DNA of 56,301 nucleotides from a virus (Duplodnaviria > Caudoviricetes). The position numbers and the translations under genes were made by a program. The stretch lies in the IMG/VR virus record IMGVR_UViG_3300030061_002141, positions 1 through 56,301 of that record; one strand, written 5' to 3'. Positions 37,672-47,619 of the stretch are shown here, piece by piece; position 1 is the stretch's first letter, and every line of letters begins with the position of its first letter. The notes beneath the pieces were generated by a model. That model had not been told where the DNA came from. It ran no database searches and saw nothing but the letters and a program-made list of their open reading frames with translations.

Positions 37672-38213
37672 AACCAGTTTTATTAGATAATATTTTTTCA
37701 GAAAAAGAACTGTTCTTTATATATAAACAAATTATGAGTGCTCCAAATTGGCAAGTAGTGGGGAAAACAAGTGACGTAGAATATCCTTCTAATAAACAAT
37801 TTTCAGATGCACCTGTATTTAGAGTAAAAGATGATGATAGTGTGAATCACTATCCGCTTTATATATACGTACAAAGTTTAGTTTTTAGAATGGCAGAAAT
37901 GCTTAACAAAAAAAATATTGGTATGCATACTAATATGAAAAGAAGTTGGTTTAACTTAACCTATCAAGCTTCTACAAATCATTGGATGCATTATGATTCT
38001 ACAAGTCCAACAGCACAAACAGTTTTAGCATTTATAACTCCTGTATGGCAAGATGCTTGGAGAGGATCTTTCTATGTTGATGGAGAAGAATTTAAATTTA
38101 AACCTGGAAGTGCAGTAATATTTAATTCAAACGAATTTCACAGCGGAGAAACTCCAGAAAGTCAAAGCCAAAACTGGAGCAGACTTACTTTAAATATTGT
38201 ATTAGATCAATAA
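37668..38213 (+). CDS. 2OG-Fe(II) oxygenase
   Basis: HYD...H.G...R; ATGA coupling at 37668. Confidence 0.8.
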   Translation: MKPVLLDNIFSEKELFFIYKQIMSAPNWQVVGKTSDVEYPSNKQFSDAPVFRVKDDDSVNHYPLYIYVQSLVFRMAEMLNKKNIGMHTNMKRSWFNLTYQASTNHWMHYDSTSPTAQTVLAFITPVWQDAWRGSFYVDGEEFKFKPGSAVIFNSNEFHSGETPESQSQNWSRLTLNIVLDQ

Positions 38214-38218
38214 ATAAT

Positions 38219-38755
38219 ATGAATGAATTAAAAGGTAGAATAATTATTCAAGATAATTTTTTTAGTAAAAAAATATTAAATAAAATTAAAATAGATTTAT
38301 TTAATTCAAAATTTTATAATAGATTTAATACTCATAAAAATACTGTTTATAATAAAATATATTTTAATGTTGAACTCGAAAATAAACATCCTGTTGTTAT
38401 AGAAACAATAAAAAATTTAAAGAAAAAATTTAATTTATCTTGTTCTACAATTAGCTCAAATTATTTTTTAAGCACAAAACATAAACAAGCCACTCCACAT
38501 AATGATGAATATTTTGAATATAATTGTTTAATATATTTAAAAGGTAACAGTTTAATTAATAATGGTACAGGTTTTTATGATAAAATATCAAAAGATAAAT
38601 ATGAATTGAATACTCATGTTGGATTTAAAGAAAATAGAGCAATTGTGTTTGATTCAAAAATATATCACACATCACTTCAATTTAATGAAGGAACAGGTAC
38701 ACGATATTGTTTAGCTAATTTTATTAATTATAAAATTAAGAAGAATAAGAAGTAG
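38219..38755 (+). CDS. 2OG-Fe(II) oxygenase-like protein
   Basis: PHND, LIYL, GTGFY, ENRA.VFDS..YH and distal R. Confidence 0.8.
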   Translation: MNELKGRIIIQDNFFSKKILNKIKIDLFNSKFYNRFNTHKNTVYNKIYFNVELENKHPVVIETIKNLKKKFNLSCSTISSNYFLSTKHKQATPHNDEYFEYNCLIYLKGNSLINNGTGFYDKISKDKYELNTHVGFKENRAIVFDSKIYHTSLQFNEGTGTRYCLANFINYKIKKNKK

Positions 38756-39110
38756 GTCTAGCACCTAATCTAGCAATTTTTTCAGCTTCAGTTTCATTCT
38801 CAACATTATCATTGTCCCAATCAGATTGTAATTGAGTTAAATGAGCTGCATCCCATTTAGTAATAAAATCTTGAAAGTCACCTAAATTTGTGTCTTCCCA
38901 AGTAGAGTGTGGAGTTTCGTCTCTGTATTCTACAGTGTCACTTGGATTTGATGTTCCGTATTGAATAGCCCAAATGTTTGAGAATTTACTTTGAGTCCAA
39001 AAAGAATCATCAGAAATAATGTATCCTACACCTTCGTCAGCACCTTCTGCAAAATTTTTAATTATGCATTTATCTTCGAATACTACTGTCCATTGTGCAT
39101 TTGTTGCCAT
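38736..39110 (-). CDS. Tail fiber-associated protein (assembly chaperone-like)
   Basis: Follows the collar gene; IWAIQY motif. Confidence 0.5.
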   Translation of the reverse strand: MATNAQWTVVFEDKCIIKNFAEGADEGVGYIISDDSFWTQSKFSNIWAIQYGTSNPSDTVEYRDETPHSTWEDTNLGDFQDFITKWDAAHLTQLQSDWDNDNVENETEAEKIARLGARPTSYSS

Positions 39111-39118
39111 AATTTCTC

Positions 39119-39688
39119 CTAAGTTTTAATAATATATATTACTGTTAAATAAGGTTGTACAACAGATGTTGCATCACCAGAAAAGTTTGCACTCATGTTG
39201 TGTGAGTGACCAGAACCTGAACCAGTGTTATTTGAGTTTTTAGTACCGCCAACTCCTCCACCTGAACTAAGCCTACTATTTAAATAAGGTGCGGAATCTC
39301 CCGATGTAAAACCGTGACTATGAGATGCAAGTTGCGATGTTGATAATGTTGCATTAGCTGTTGAACCAGAAATATTTCCAGTAGAAGTAACTGTGTTTGC
39401 TCCACCAGTTGACGCTAAAGCTTTGTTATTAGATTTTCCAACTGCTACATTGTCAGCTAAATTTGGTACATTAAAAGTGCTTGAGCCGTCACCAACACCA
39501 TAAGTTGTACCGACAATTGCAAATAAAGCTGAGTAAGTTGATCTTGAAACTGCTGCACCATCACATTCTAAAAATCCAGATGGAACAGATGCAGATGTCC
39601 ATGGCACGATAGTTGCTGTAGGAATACCTTCGATACCTGTAAGGTTTGCTCCTGAAAAATCGTATTTAGTTGCTTCGTAATTTGACAT
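39119..39688 (-). CDS. Short tail fiber with phage tail-collar domain
   Basis: P.GFLECDG.AVSRSTY.ALFA.VGT.YG.GDGSSTFN.P, H.H motifs and QPYL...YIIK. Confidence 0.88.
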   Translation of the reverse strand: MSNYEATKYDFSGANLTGIEGIPTATIVPWTSASVPSGFLECDGAAVSRSTYSALFAIVGTTYGVGDGSSTFNVPNLADNVAVGKSNNKALASTGGANTVTSTGNISGSTANATLSTSQLASHSHGFTSGDSAPYLNSRLSSGGGVGGTKNSNNTGSGSGHSHNMSANFSGDATSVVQPYLTVIYIIKT

Positions 39689-39689
39689 A

Positions 39690-40388
39690 TTATTTCTCCG
39701 TGTAAGTCCATCCTACATTTGAACCAGAATAAACTAATCCAAAGGCTGCACCCTCAGTATTTACTACAAGGTCTTGTGTAGCATTTGCTATTTTTGAACT
39801 ATTTCTTCCTACAGTTAATGCATTAGAATCAAATGTATATCTTGAATCTACAAAATGTACTTCATCACCAACTGCAGGTGATGCTGGTAATGTAATTGTA
39901 ACTGTTCCACCATTTGTATCTACAAATAGTTTTGCACCAGCTTGAACAGTTTCAGCTGCGCTTACTGTTCTCCATTTTCTATATTCATTTGCTTTTTCAA
40001 CATTAGTTCCATCCGCATATAAAAGATAACAATTACCTTCACAAAGTAAAATTCCAGTTCCGCTTACAGTTTTAAAAGTAAGCGTATATCCTGCATGATC
40101 AGTTCCATCTATTACGTTATAAGCTTTTTCTATACTATCAGGAACAGTTACAGTTCTATTTGCTGCTAAAGTTCCAGTAAGTTTTAATGTTGCATTTCTC
40201 GCATTTGAAATTGTACCATCTGTCATCGCTAGAGCTACATCAGAAGACGCAACATCTATAGCTTGATAACCAGCAACTGCTTGTTGTACTAAATTTAAAT
40301 TGTTATTTGTTTTTGTTCCCCACGTACCAGAGTTTTCTCCAGTCGCCATCAATTCTATTTTTAAATCTGATGAATAAGTTGAAGCCAT
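39690..40388 (-). CDS. Tail fiber / tail structural protein
   Basis: MASTY...GE.SGTWG.KTN.N and TITLPASP.VGD. Confidence 0.7.
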   Translation of the reverse strand: MASTYSSDLKIELMATGENSGTWGTKTNNNLNLVQQAVAGYQAIDVASSDVALAMTDGTISNARNATLKLTGTLAANRTVTVPDSIEKAYNVIDGTDHAGYTLTFKTVSGTGILLCEGNCYLLYADGTNVEKANEYRKWRTVSAAETVQAGAKLFVDTNGGTVTITLPASPAVGDEVHFVDSRYTFDSNALTVGRNSSKIANATQDLVVNTEGAAFGLVYSGSNVGWTYTEK

Positions 40389-40446
40389 AATTTTTTATAT
40401 TATAAATTTATTATTATGTAAATAATATATATTTGTTGTCATTTGT

Positions 40447-41280
40447 CTAGTGAATATTAGTCCAAGTTTCAGTATTTGTTGGTAATATTGGATCCCAAAA
40501 TTTAAGGGTAGAAGCTGAAATATTAGCTTGATTACCAGTAATAGAAAGAAAGTTTTGAGTTGTAGTATTTACATTAGCTAAAGTAATATCTAATTGTTGA
40601 CCAGTTATAGATATATTATTAACTGTTTGTAGACTAATTGTATTTACTGTTACATTAATTTGATTACCAGTAATTGTTAAAAAGTTTTCTGATTTAGGAA
40701 CAATTGATGCTAAAGAAATAGTTGATTGTTGACCATCAACATCTATAAAATTAGCAGTTCCTGGTGTAACACTATTTACTTCTACATTTGCTTCTAAAGT
40801 AGGTGTGTTAATAGTTATGGAACCTCCAGCAACTACTGCAAAAGTATTAACAGTTGCAGTAACTAAATCCTCACCTGTAATAGTTACTAAAGCTAAACTT
40901 TCAGTTGTAACATTTCCTTGACTTAAAGAAAGTGAATTTCCTGTAATAGTTGCTAAACCATTTGCTAATACTGATGTATTATTAATACTTGCTGAAAGAC
41001 TTTGACCATCTTCTACAAATATAGTTCCACTACCAGAAACTATATCTCCAATTGGATTTCCCCAGATACCTTCTCCCCATGCTTCTCTACCCCAACCTTG
41101 ACCTAAGTTAATACTTGCAAGAGATTGTATACCTGTAATACTTACAATATTTCCAAGACCAAGACTAAAAGAAAAAGTTCCTGTGCTTCCAGTTAATCCT
41201 ATACCTGTAATAGCAGCACCAGATACTGAGTTACCCCAAGTACCTAAACTCCAATCACCTTGGCCCCATGTGCTCGCCAT
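40447..41280 (-). CDS. Tail structural protein with WG repeats
   Basis: WG.G.W repeats and ITG repeats; S/T-rich. Confidence 0.6.
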   Translation of the reverse strand: MASTWGQGDWSLGTWGNSVSGAAITGIGLTGSTGTFSFSLGLGNIVSITGIQSLASINLGQGWGREAWGEGIWGNPIGDIVSGSGTIFVEDGQSLSASINNTSVLANGLATITGNSLSLSQGNVTTESLALVTITGEDLVTATVNTFAVVAGGSITINTPTLEANVEVNSVTPGTANFIDVDGQQSTISLASIVPKSENFLTITGNQINVTVNTISLQTVNNISITGQQLDITLANVNTTTQNFLSITGNQANISASTLKFWDPILPTNTETWTNIH

Positions 41281-41293
41281 AAGGATTGTCTCC

Positions 41294-41719
41294 TTATGCT
41301 ATTCTAATTAAGCCGTTACTTGCGTCAGCGTTTGGAAACTGTAATTCGAATGTACCATTAGTAGATGTTTTAACACCACCAAAATCTAATACTGCAATAG
41401 ATGAATTACTATTATTAGCATTGTAAATTAGTGCAGCTTGTGCAGAAATTGTTGCATTAGCAAATGAAACATTATCAGCATCAAAAATTGCTGTAGTTCC
41501 ATCTGTAGAAATTGCAACATTAGTTAATGTAGCACCGCCGGTTGTGTAGTTTGTTCCACTGCTTGATATTTCATTTGCTGTTGTATACGCAGTTGTGTTT
41601 TGATTTAAAGTTGCAGTGTTGTCGTAAAGTGCACACTTCAATGTTAGAGCCTCTAAGTTTCCTCCAGGCGACATTAAGTCTTGCTTAAATGCAACAGTAA
41701 TCGCTTGTGATATAGCCAT
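41294..41719 (-). CDS. Virion structural protein
   Basis: K.ALY, Y..GG.TL and VLDFGG.KTS. Confidence 0.65.
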   Translation of the reverse strand: MAISQAITVAFKQDLMSPGGNLEALTLKCALYDNTATLNQNTTAYTTANEISSSGTNYTTGGATLTNVAISTDGTTAIFDADNVSFANATISAQAALIYNANNSNSSIAVLDFGGVKTSTNGTFELQFPNADASNGLIRIA

Positions 41720-41721
41720 TT

Positions 41722-42381
41722 TTATTGTCCTCCAGTTAATGTATTTTCGCCTAGTGGACTACCAGGAAACTTATAGTCAGTTCTTCTGTTTCTACGAGCT
41801 TCATTATTGATAGCAGCCACACTTTCGACATACTTTTGTTTATATATATTATAGTCTTCCATGTTTTTTGTAAAGAGATTTGCTTCAGATAAACAGCCAT
41901 ATAAAAGAGCATCGGGAACATTTTCAGTATACCAATTAGTTGTATTAGTATTAGACAATGGATTAATTCTACCTTGATAACCTAATTCTATTGTATAAAC
42001 AGCATCCGGAGTAGGTGCTATATATAATGTATTATCATCAAAATTAGAAAAATATCTTGGTGTAGATGTAATAGAAGCATTTGGCCAATACTCTTGTACA
42101 TATTCTAATGGTTTTATTTCTAAAAATTGTCTTTCATTATTAACTAATATGTTAACATAATTTAATAACATTGGTTCTATTGCTGACGGTAAAGTAATAA
42201 ATCTATCACCTATACTGGTATTAGATTGAACATTTTGATTAAAACCTGTAGGATCGATTTCTCTAGATAATTTAGTTTGAGTATTATCAATAAATGTATC
42301 TAATTGAGAATTAAAATCTGTTCCAGTATTTTCAGCCCAGGTTTGTATATCAGTCTTTAGACTGCTGTATGTCATTGGCAT
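41722..42381 (-). CDS. Head-tail adaptor protein
   Basis: APTPD..Y and PDALLYG.L.EA motifs. Confidence 0.7.
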   Translation of the reverse strand: MPMTYSSLKTDIQTWAENTGTDFNSQLDTFIDNTQTKLSREIDPTGFNQNVQSNTSIGDRFITLPSAIEPMLLNYVNILVNNERQFLEIKPLEYVQEYWPNASITSTPRYFSNFDDNTLYIAPTPDAVYTIELGYQGRINPLSNTNTTNWYTENVPDALLYGCLSEANLFTKNMEDYNIYKQKYVESVAAINNEARRNRRTDYKFPGSPLGENTLTGGQ

Positions 42382-43168
42382 TTTTATCTGCTCCTTCTAC
42401 ATTAAATTTATTCCACACATTACCTCTAAATGGATAAGTTCCATAATGAGTTAATGGGCTAATAACATCAGCGAAGATTTTACCACCTATTTTTTGCCAT
42501 AATCTACAAAAAGCATAATCTTCTGATAGATATCTATTACTTTTTTCATCAATAATACAGTCAAAAAATGCAAAACAATTATTACTAGAAAACCTTTCAT
42601 TATTAATTATTTGATCGCTTGTATATTTTAAATTAGGATATGCTTCTTTCATTTTATCAAAAACTTCTTTTTTTATACACATAAAACCTGTTGCAGCATC
42701 TAAAACTTCTGTAAAACCATTTTTTACAGAAATACTTAATGGCTCTGCAAAATTAAGATTATAGCCAAGAGCTTTTGATTCTAAATCTTTTTCACCAGTT
42801 TCTTTTACAAATTTTGGTACTGATTTCCAATCAATAGATTTTCTAGGATATATTCCTGCACATACATCATGACCTGATTCAACAAGTCTAATAACATTTT
42901 CTGCACTAAAACCTATATCGCTATCAATAAATAACAAGTGAGTAAATTTATTAGGATCTTTTTCACTGTAATCTAAAAATTGTGTTACTAAAGTATTCCT
43001 AGCTCTTGTAATTAAACTTTCATTACCCATTGTATTTAAATGAACTTGAATACCTTTTTGTTGTGCTTTTACAGTTGTACTTAAAATTCCATGTAGATAT
43101 GCTTCTGTAAGTTGACCGCCATAACAAGGTGTTGCGATCATAACACCATATTTTTTTTCTATATTCAT
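42350..43168 (-). CDS. GT-A fold glycosyltransferase
   Basis: IATPCY, SLITRARN, LFIDSDI (DxD), TGFM.I and SEDYAFC. Confidence 0.85.
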   Translation of the reverse strand: MNIEKKYGVMIATPCYGGQLTEAYLHGILSTTVKAQQKGIQVHLNTMGNESLITRARNTLVTQFLDYSEKDPNKFTHLLFIDSDIGFSAENVIRLVESGHDVCAGIYPRKSIDWKSVPKFVKETGEKDLESKALGYNLNFAEPLSISVKNGFTEVLDAATGFMCIKKEVFDKMKEAYPNLKYTSDQIINNERFSSNNCFAFFDCIIDEKSNRYLSEDYAFCRLWQKIGGKIFADVISPLTHYGTYPFRGNVWNKFNVEGADKNANDIQQSKD

Positions 43169-43551
43169 GATGTTACTACTGTAACACTTCCTAGATCAGT
43201 TGATAACAAATTTGTGCTTGCTTGTGCTATACCTACTGCTGGTATAGAACCTGTTGATGGAAACAATGTGTTTATTTGATCTGGTACACCTCCAGTAGAT
43301 GATAAATTAGCTTGTGGTCTAGCGTCTTGTAAAGACTGAGCATCAGTAAAATACATCAAATCTAATTGTGGTTGTTTTGGTTCAAATTCTGAATTATGTA
43401 CAAATGAACCATTCCATTCAAATACCATTTCTTGATATGGAAATTCTAACCCTGATCTATCTGATATAGCTCTTGCATACTGACCACCTGAAAATTTATT
43501 ATGTGGTGCTCTATGAGGTCTTGTACTTCTATCACCTAATTTATTTGCCAT
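43165..43551 (-). CDS. Conserved neck-region protein
   Basis: AISDRSG.EFPY.EM..EWNG...EPKQPQL. Confidence 0.6.
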   Translation of the reverse strand: MANKLGDRSTRPHRAPHNKFSGGQYARAISDRSGLEFPYQEMVFEWNGSFVHNSEFEPKQPQLDLMYFTDAQSLQDARPQANLSSTGGVPDQINTLFPSTGSIPAVGIAQASTNLLSTDLGSVTVVTS

Positions 43552-44240
43552 TATGTATAAAATCTATTAGTAGATGATGGTAATATTCTTGTAGAAGGTG
43601 TATCATCACCAGCAACTAATCTTGTATAAGCTTGTTCGTAATCTGTTTTTAATTCCATTCTTTGAGCTTGATCTATATTTACTCTTTTCTTAGATAAATA
43701 ATAAGCAAGTCCTGCACACATACATTCAAAAGCTCTAAATGGAATATCAAAATTTTGTTGTACACCATCGACTGTAGAGGCTGTAACATCTTGAATTTTT
43801 CTCATTCTGTAATATCTTAAAGTATAAGTTTGATCTGGCGCTGGATATATTTTTATTACAGGTGTATTTAATCTTTGTAAATAAAATTGAGTTGGTCTTG
43901 ATTGCTGAGTTTTATTAGATATTGCAGCATAGTCATTTAAACCTAATCTAGTCATAGAATACTCTGTACCAGCTGAATCTACTATATTAGCATTTATAAT
44001 ATCTACTAAATCATAATCTAAAGTATAATCTGTAGTGCCTTGTGATACAGTTTCATCTTTTAATTCGACAGTCCATTGATTGTAACCTCTGTTTGCCCAA
44101 TCACTGAACATAATATTTAAACTTCTACGCGCAGAACGCACGTCATAACCTAAAATAGGATCGCCTCCTATTCTATCAAATGCTTCTTGAATACAGTCGT
44201 TGACTGTAAGATTAAAAGTTGCTGTATTTGATGTAGCCAT
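43551..44240 (-). CDS. Head-tail connector / neck protein
   Basis: SARRSLN.MF..W.NRG and AGLAYYL. Confidence 0.7.
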   Translation of the reverse strand: MATSNTATFNLTVNDCIQEAFDRIGGDPILGYDVRSARRSLNIMFSDWANRGYNQWTVELKDETVSQGTTDYTLDYDLVDIINANIVDSAGTEYSMTRLGLNDYAAISNKTQQSRPTQFYLQRLNTPVIKIYPAPDQTYTLRYYRMRKIQDVTASTVDGVQQNFDIPFRAFECMCAGLAYYLSKKRVNIDQAQRMELKTDYEQAYTRLVAGDDTPSTRILPSSTNRFYT

Positions 44241-44530
44241 TAAGCAAAAAATACTGTTACGCCACTAGCACCGTTTGCAGAAATATTAATTTTTAAGTTA
44301 GTCTCAAATTTTACACCTTCATCTGGTAAACTTATATTAATAGGTCCACTATCTGCACTAGCACCTGTTGTTACTACAAATTTTGTTGTAGCATCATCTA
44401 CAAAAGTTACAGTTCCAGCAGTTGCCGATGGCGTAATAATAAAACCTTTAAGTCTTGTAGGGCCACTAAAAGCTGCAACATTCGAACCTGTAGTTGTTAC
44501 ACTATTTGCTGATATATCTGATCCTGCCAT
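44240..44530 (-). CDS. Small virion structural protein
   Basis: G/A/S/T-rich beta protein in the structural operon. Confidence 0.55.
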   Translation of the reverse strand: MAGSDISANSVTTTGSNVAAFSGPTRLKGFIITPSATAGTVTFVDDATTKFVVTTGASADSGPINISLPDEGVKFETNLKINISANGASGVTVFFA

Positions 44531-44539
44531 TTTTTTCTC

Positions 44540-45031
44540 CTATATTAAATTTTGTTTTTTTAAACCTTCTATTAGTAACGCAATTCTGTCGCCTTGGCTA
44601 GTTGGTTGTTGTAAATAAGGTGCAACAAAATTTTTACCTGCTTGAGCTCTAAAATCTATTGCTTTATTTAATTCAAATGGTTTTTCTTTAAAAGGTGATT
44701 GAGGTGGACTACCTAAACTTTTAGAAGAACCAAAAGAAGAAATAACTTTTTCGATATCTTTAAGTTTTTCATCTAATCCTTTTTCTTTTTTTTCTGCTTT
44801 TTCAGCTTCTTCTTTTCTTAAAACATCTTTTATAGTTTCCATCTCTCCGATGTCTTCTGTTTTAGCTAATTCTTTTTGTTCTTCTGTAGGTTTATAATCT
44901 TCTTGAGCTTCAAAAATTTTAACTGCTTTATCTACAATTGCTTCTGTTTCTTTTTTTTCTTCATCTTTATCTTCTTTTTCATCGAAGATACTTTTTAAAG
45001 CATTTCCTTTTTCTCTTAAAAATTCTAACAT
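44540..45031 (-). CDS. Hypothetical E/K-rich protein
   Basis: ORF with AGGAGAAAA RBS. Confidence 0.6.
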   Translation of the reverse strand: MLEFLREKGNALKSIFDEKEDKDEEKKETEAIVDKAVKIFEAQEDYKPTEEQKELAKTEDIGEMETIKDVLRKEEAEKAEKKEKGLDEKLKDIEKVISSFGSSKSLGSPPQSPFKEKPFELNKAIDFRAQAGKNFVAPYLQQPTSQGDRIALLIEGLKKQNLI

Positions 45032-45046
45032 ATTTTCTCCTAATAA

Positions 45047-45068
45047 GGAGGACCCATTAGGGTCCCCC
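45047..45068 (-). terminator. Probable intrinsic terminator or attenuator
   Basis: Minus strand GGGGGACCC-TAAT-GGGTCCTCC followed by TTATT. Confidence 0.6.
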
Positions 45069-45077
45069 TAAAAAGTA

Positions 45078-45554
45078 TTATGCTGGAACGTCTCCCGCAT
45101 CTGCAATTGAATTGTTTTGCATATACATAACAGTTACAGTTGCATTACCAGTTGTTCCATCACCATCAGTACCAGTAAAGTCAGCTAAAACTTGAATATC
45201 AGTTGTACCAATATTTGTTGCTTCAGTATCTAAAGTACCTCTAGTAGTTCCTAATGATTTTACACTTGTAGATGGAATAAAAGCATTACCATCATCTGCT
45301 GTTCCAACAATAACTGTTGCAGCATTAGAATCATTATTAACAGTTGTAACATTTAATACAACATCTACTATTTGTGAATTAGCAGGAATAGTCCCACAAA
45401 CTTGATTTAAGTGAGAAGCTCCTGTTATATCAATCTTTGCAGATTGAGCCATAACAACGAAACCTGTATTAGCAACATTTGCTCCTAATGTAGTTCCTGA
45501 AGTTTCTCTAATCGTTCCCGCTTTTATCGGTCCCGAAAAAGTAGTTGTTCCCAT
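45078..45554 (-). CDS. Capsid decoration / minor capsid protein
   Basis: MGTTTFSGPIKAG start; directly after the major capsid gene. Confidence 0.6.
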   Translation of the reverse strand: MGTTTFSGPIKAGTIRETSGTTLGANVANTGFVVMAQSAKIDITGASHLNQVCGTIPANSQIVDVVLNVTTVNNDSNAATVIVGTADDGNAFIPSTSVKSLGTTRGTLDTEATNIGTTDIQVLADFTGTDGDGTTGNATVTVMYMQNNSIADAGDVPA

Positions 45555-45593
45555 AGTCTACCTCCTTAGTAGTCAGCATAAGCTGTCGTAGGG

Positions 45594-45621
45594 TAACTAG
45601 GCGTATTTCTACGCCTAGTTA
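45594..45621 (-). promoter_or_regulatory. Perfect 12-bp hairpin with GAAA tetraloop after the major capsid gene
   Basis: Minus strand TAACTAGGCGTA-GAAA-TACGCCTAGTTA; no U-tract follows. Confidence 0.65.
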
Positions 45622-45630
45622 AGTTTATTA

Positions 45631-46542
45631 TTAATCTGCGCCTTGAGATCCGTAAACGGCTCTCCAGTCAGTGAAACCAAAAGAGTATCTTTCTCTTACT
45701 TTGTATCTTAGATTACCAGTTTCAAAATCACCTTCAACAGCTTTTTTGATTGGTGCTCTAACAAAGTGTTTCATTCCATCAGGGCAATCAGTCATAATAA
45801 AGTATTGGTCCGTGTCAGTTAGTCTTTGGTTAACGACTACTCCGCCCGGGATCATACCCATATTTCTCATTGCATTAATGTCATTGTCTGCAGTTCCTGG
45901 TCTTAAATTAGACTTAAGGATTCTTTCAGCTATGAACACTAAATTTGGTGGAACGATCAGTTTCTGACCTGTTAAAGCGATAGGTATACTTCTATCATCT
46001 TTAGCTTCTGAGATTTGTACTAAAAGTGTCTCTAAAGACGTTTCAGATAAATCAGCAGGTGTTGCTAAAATGTTAGATGCAGTACCGCCGCCACCTAGAG
46101 GGTGTGAAGCATTCAATAAAGTTACTCCGTCACCACCTAATTGTGCAGTGTTAGTTGCATTGTTTAAGATGTTTGCACCTTTGATTTCTTTAGTGTGTTG
46201 CATTGATCTTGCTAAAGCTCTAGCATACTTTGCACCTAAAGATCCGTATAAACCATCTTCTTCTGCTTCCTCAGTAATTGAGAATGCTAAAGCGATTGTT
46301 TCATGTACGTATCTTGATACAAATCCTTCTCTGCCAGATTCATAAGATATTGCAGCACCTTCAGCTTTTGTTGGTGCAGCTCCGAAGCCGATCATTTGTA
46401 CATCTTCTTCGAAAGCTTTTTGCGATTGCTCTGTAGAATAGATTTCTCTCCATTGTTCAGGATATCTATCATATTCCATACCAAACACGGTGTTCAAACC
46501 TAGATTGAGCTGTTTGGTAAAAAGTGCTCTATTTAAAGCCAT
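45631..46542 (-). CDS. Major capsid protein
   Basis: 303 aa; ETIALAFSITEEA.ED.LY, GGDG..L...HP and DF.TGN.RYK.RERYSFG..DWR. Confidence 0.9.
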   Translation of the reverse strand: MALNRALFTKQLNLGLNTVFGMEYDRYPEQWREIYSTEQSQKAFEEDVQMIGFGAAPTKAEGAAISYESGREGFVSRYVHETIALAFSITEEAEEDGLYGSLGAKYARALARSMQHTKEIKGANILNNATNTAQLGGDGVTLLNASHPLGGGGTASNILATPADLSETSLETLLVQISEAKDDRSIPIALTGQKLIVPPNLVFIAERILKSNLRPGTADNDINAMRNMGMIPGGVVVNQRLTDTDQYFIMTDCPDGMKHFVRAPIKKAVEGDFETGNLRYKVRERYSFGFTDWRAVYGSQGAD

Positions 46543-46565
46543 TTTTTAACTCCTATTAGTTAAGG

Positions 46566-47132
46566 TTAGACACCAGCCTGACGAGTACCGTATAAGTGTA
46601 AGTTAATTACAACTTCTACAAGTGCATCAGCTCCGACATCGTTGTTTGGTTTATCTACTAATCTTAATATTCTCAAGACTTTAGCAGTAGTAGCAAGTGT
46701 ACTAATGTCTAATTCGTCTGTTGAATAACCGAAAGTAGTGTTTGCAGTACCAATTGTAACATTAGCCAATTCACCAACATTTGCGTTTGCGAATGTGCCA
46801 TTACATTGTACTTGGTACGTTATATTTGGATCGTCATATACTAAAGCTTTTACTGCAGTATTTGCTTTTACAGCTGTACTTGCATTCCAAACTTTAGAAA
46901 ACTTGACATCACCAGTAGAGTTTTCAATGTATTCAACTCCATAGAATACACCTAATGCTGTTCCGCCAGCAGTACCTCTAATCACTGTACCATCTGTAGT
47001 CATAGTTACTAAGTCTCCAGATGCGATTGTTGTACCGTAGCTATTAGCAATAGGATATTCCTGAGGTCTGATAACTCCACCTGTTAAGTGCCTTAATGGA
47101 ATAAAACCATTAGGTGTGTTAGCATTTGCCAT
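46566..47132 (-). CDS. Capsid cement / head structural protein
   Basis: GVF.GVEY and V.DDP motifs; directly upstream of the major capsid gene. Confidence 0.6.
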   Translation of the reverse strand: MANANTPNGFIPLRHLTGGVIRPQEYPIANSYGTTIASGDLVTMTTDGTVIRGTAGGTALGVFYGVEYIENSTGDVKFSKVWNASTAVKANTAVKALVYDDPNITYQVQCNGTFANANVGELANVTIGTANTTFGYSTDELDISTLATTAKVLRILRLVDKPNNDVGADALVEVVINLHLYGTRQAGV

Positions 47133-47154
47133 AGTTATAGTCTCCTATTTATAG

Positions 47155-47601
47155 TTACTCTTTAAAACCACCTCTAGTAACTTCAGATTTGAAAGACTTC
47201 TGAATAGGATTTCCAGGTTGCTCTACTCTATGGATATCTTGTTCGACTGATCTCATTAAATTCTCAGTCATTTTTGCGTAATACATATTACGTTCATTTA
47301 CCATTTCTTCTGGCATTTCACAGAGTAGCATTCCTTCGATACCTATATGACCAGCAAACTTACCATGTTCAATCGTTGGATAATGATCAGCATTCTTAAC
47401 CGTTTTAGGGTCACGAGGTTGCCAACCTTCTCTCAATCGTTTGGCTACGTTTGTTGGTGTTTCCTGACCTAAAACCATAGTTGCAATCCATCTCTGTTTG
47501 TAACCAGGTCTAGCTTCAGGAGCCTCCAATAAATTACTAGGGCGCCATTGTGAAACCTTTGCTTTTTCAGCTCTAGTTTCGTTGTTTATTTTATTACTCA
47601 T
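47155..47601 (-). CDS. Conserved head-module protein
   Basis: L.APE..PG...RWI, LREGW and G.LLC.MPEE. Confidence 0.65.
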   Translation of the reverse strand: MSNKINNETRAEKAKVSQWRPSNLLEAPEARPGYKQRWIATMVLGQETPTNVAKRLREGWQPRDPKTVKNADHYPTIEHGKFAGHIGIEGMLLCEMPEEMVNERNMYYAKMTENLMRSVEQDIHRVEQPGNPIQKSFKSEVTRGGFKE

Positions 47602-47619
47602 AGTCGTGCTCCTTTACCT

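Noticed and set aside
35093-38755. Oxygenases as TET/JBP 5mC dioxygenases partnering the MTase
   Set aside because: They are short prolyl-hydroxylase-like domains in the tail region, far from the MTase; no TET/JBP-specific features seen, though this is not excluded without a profile search
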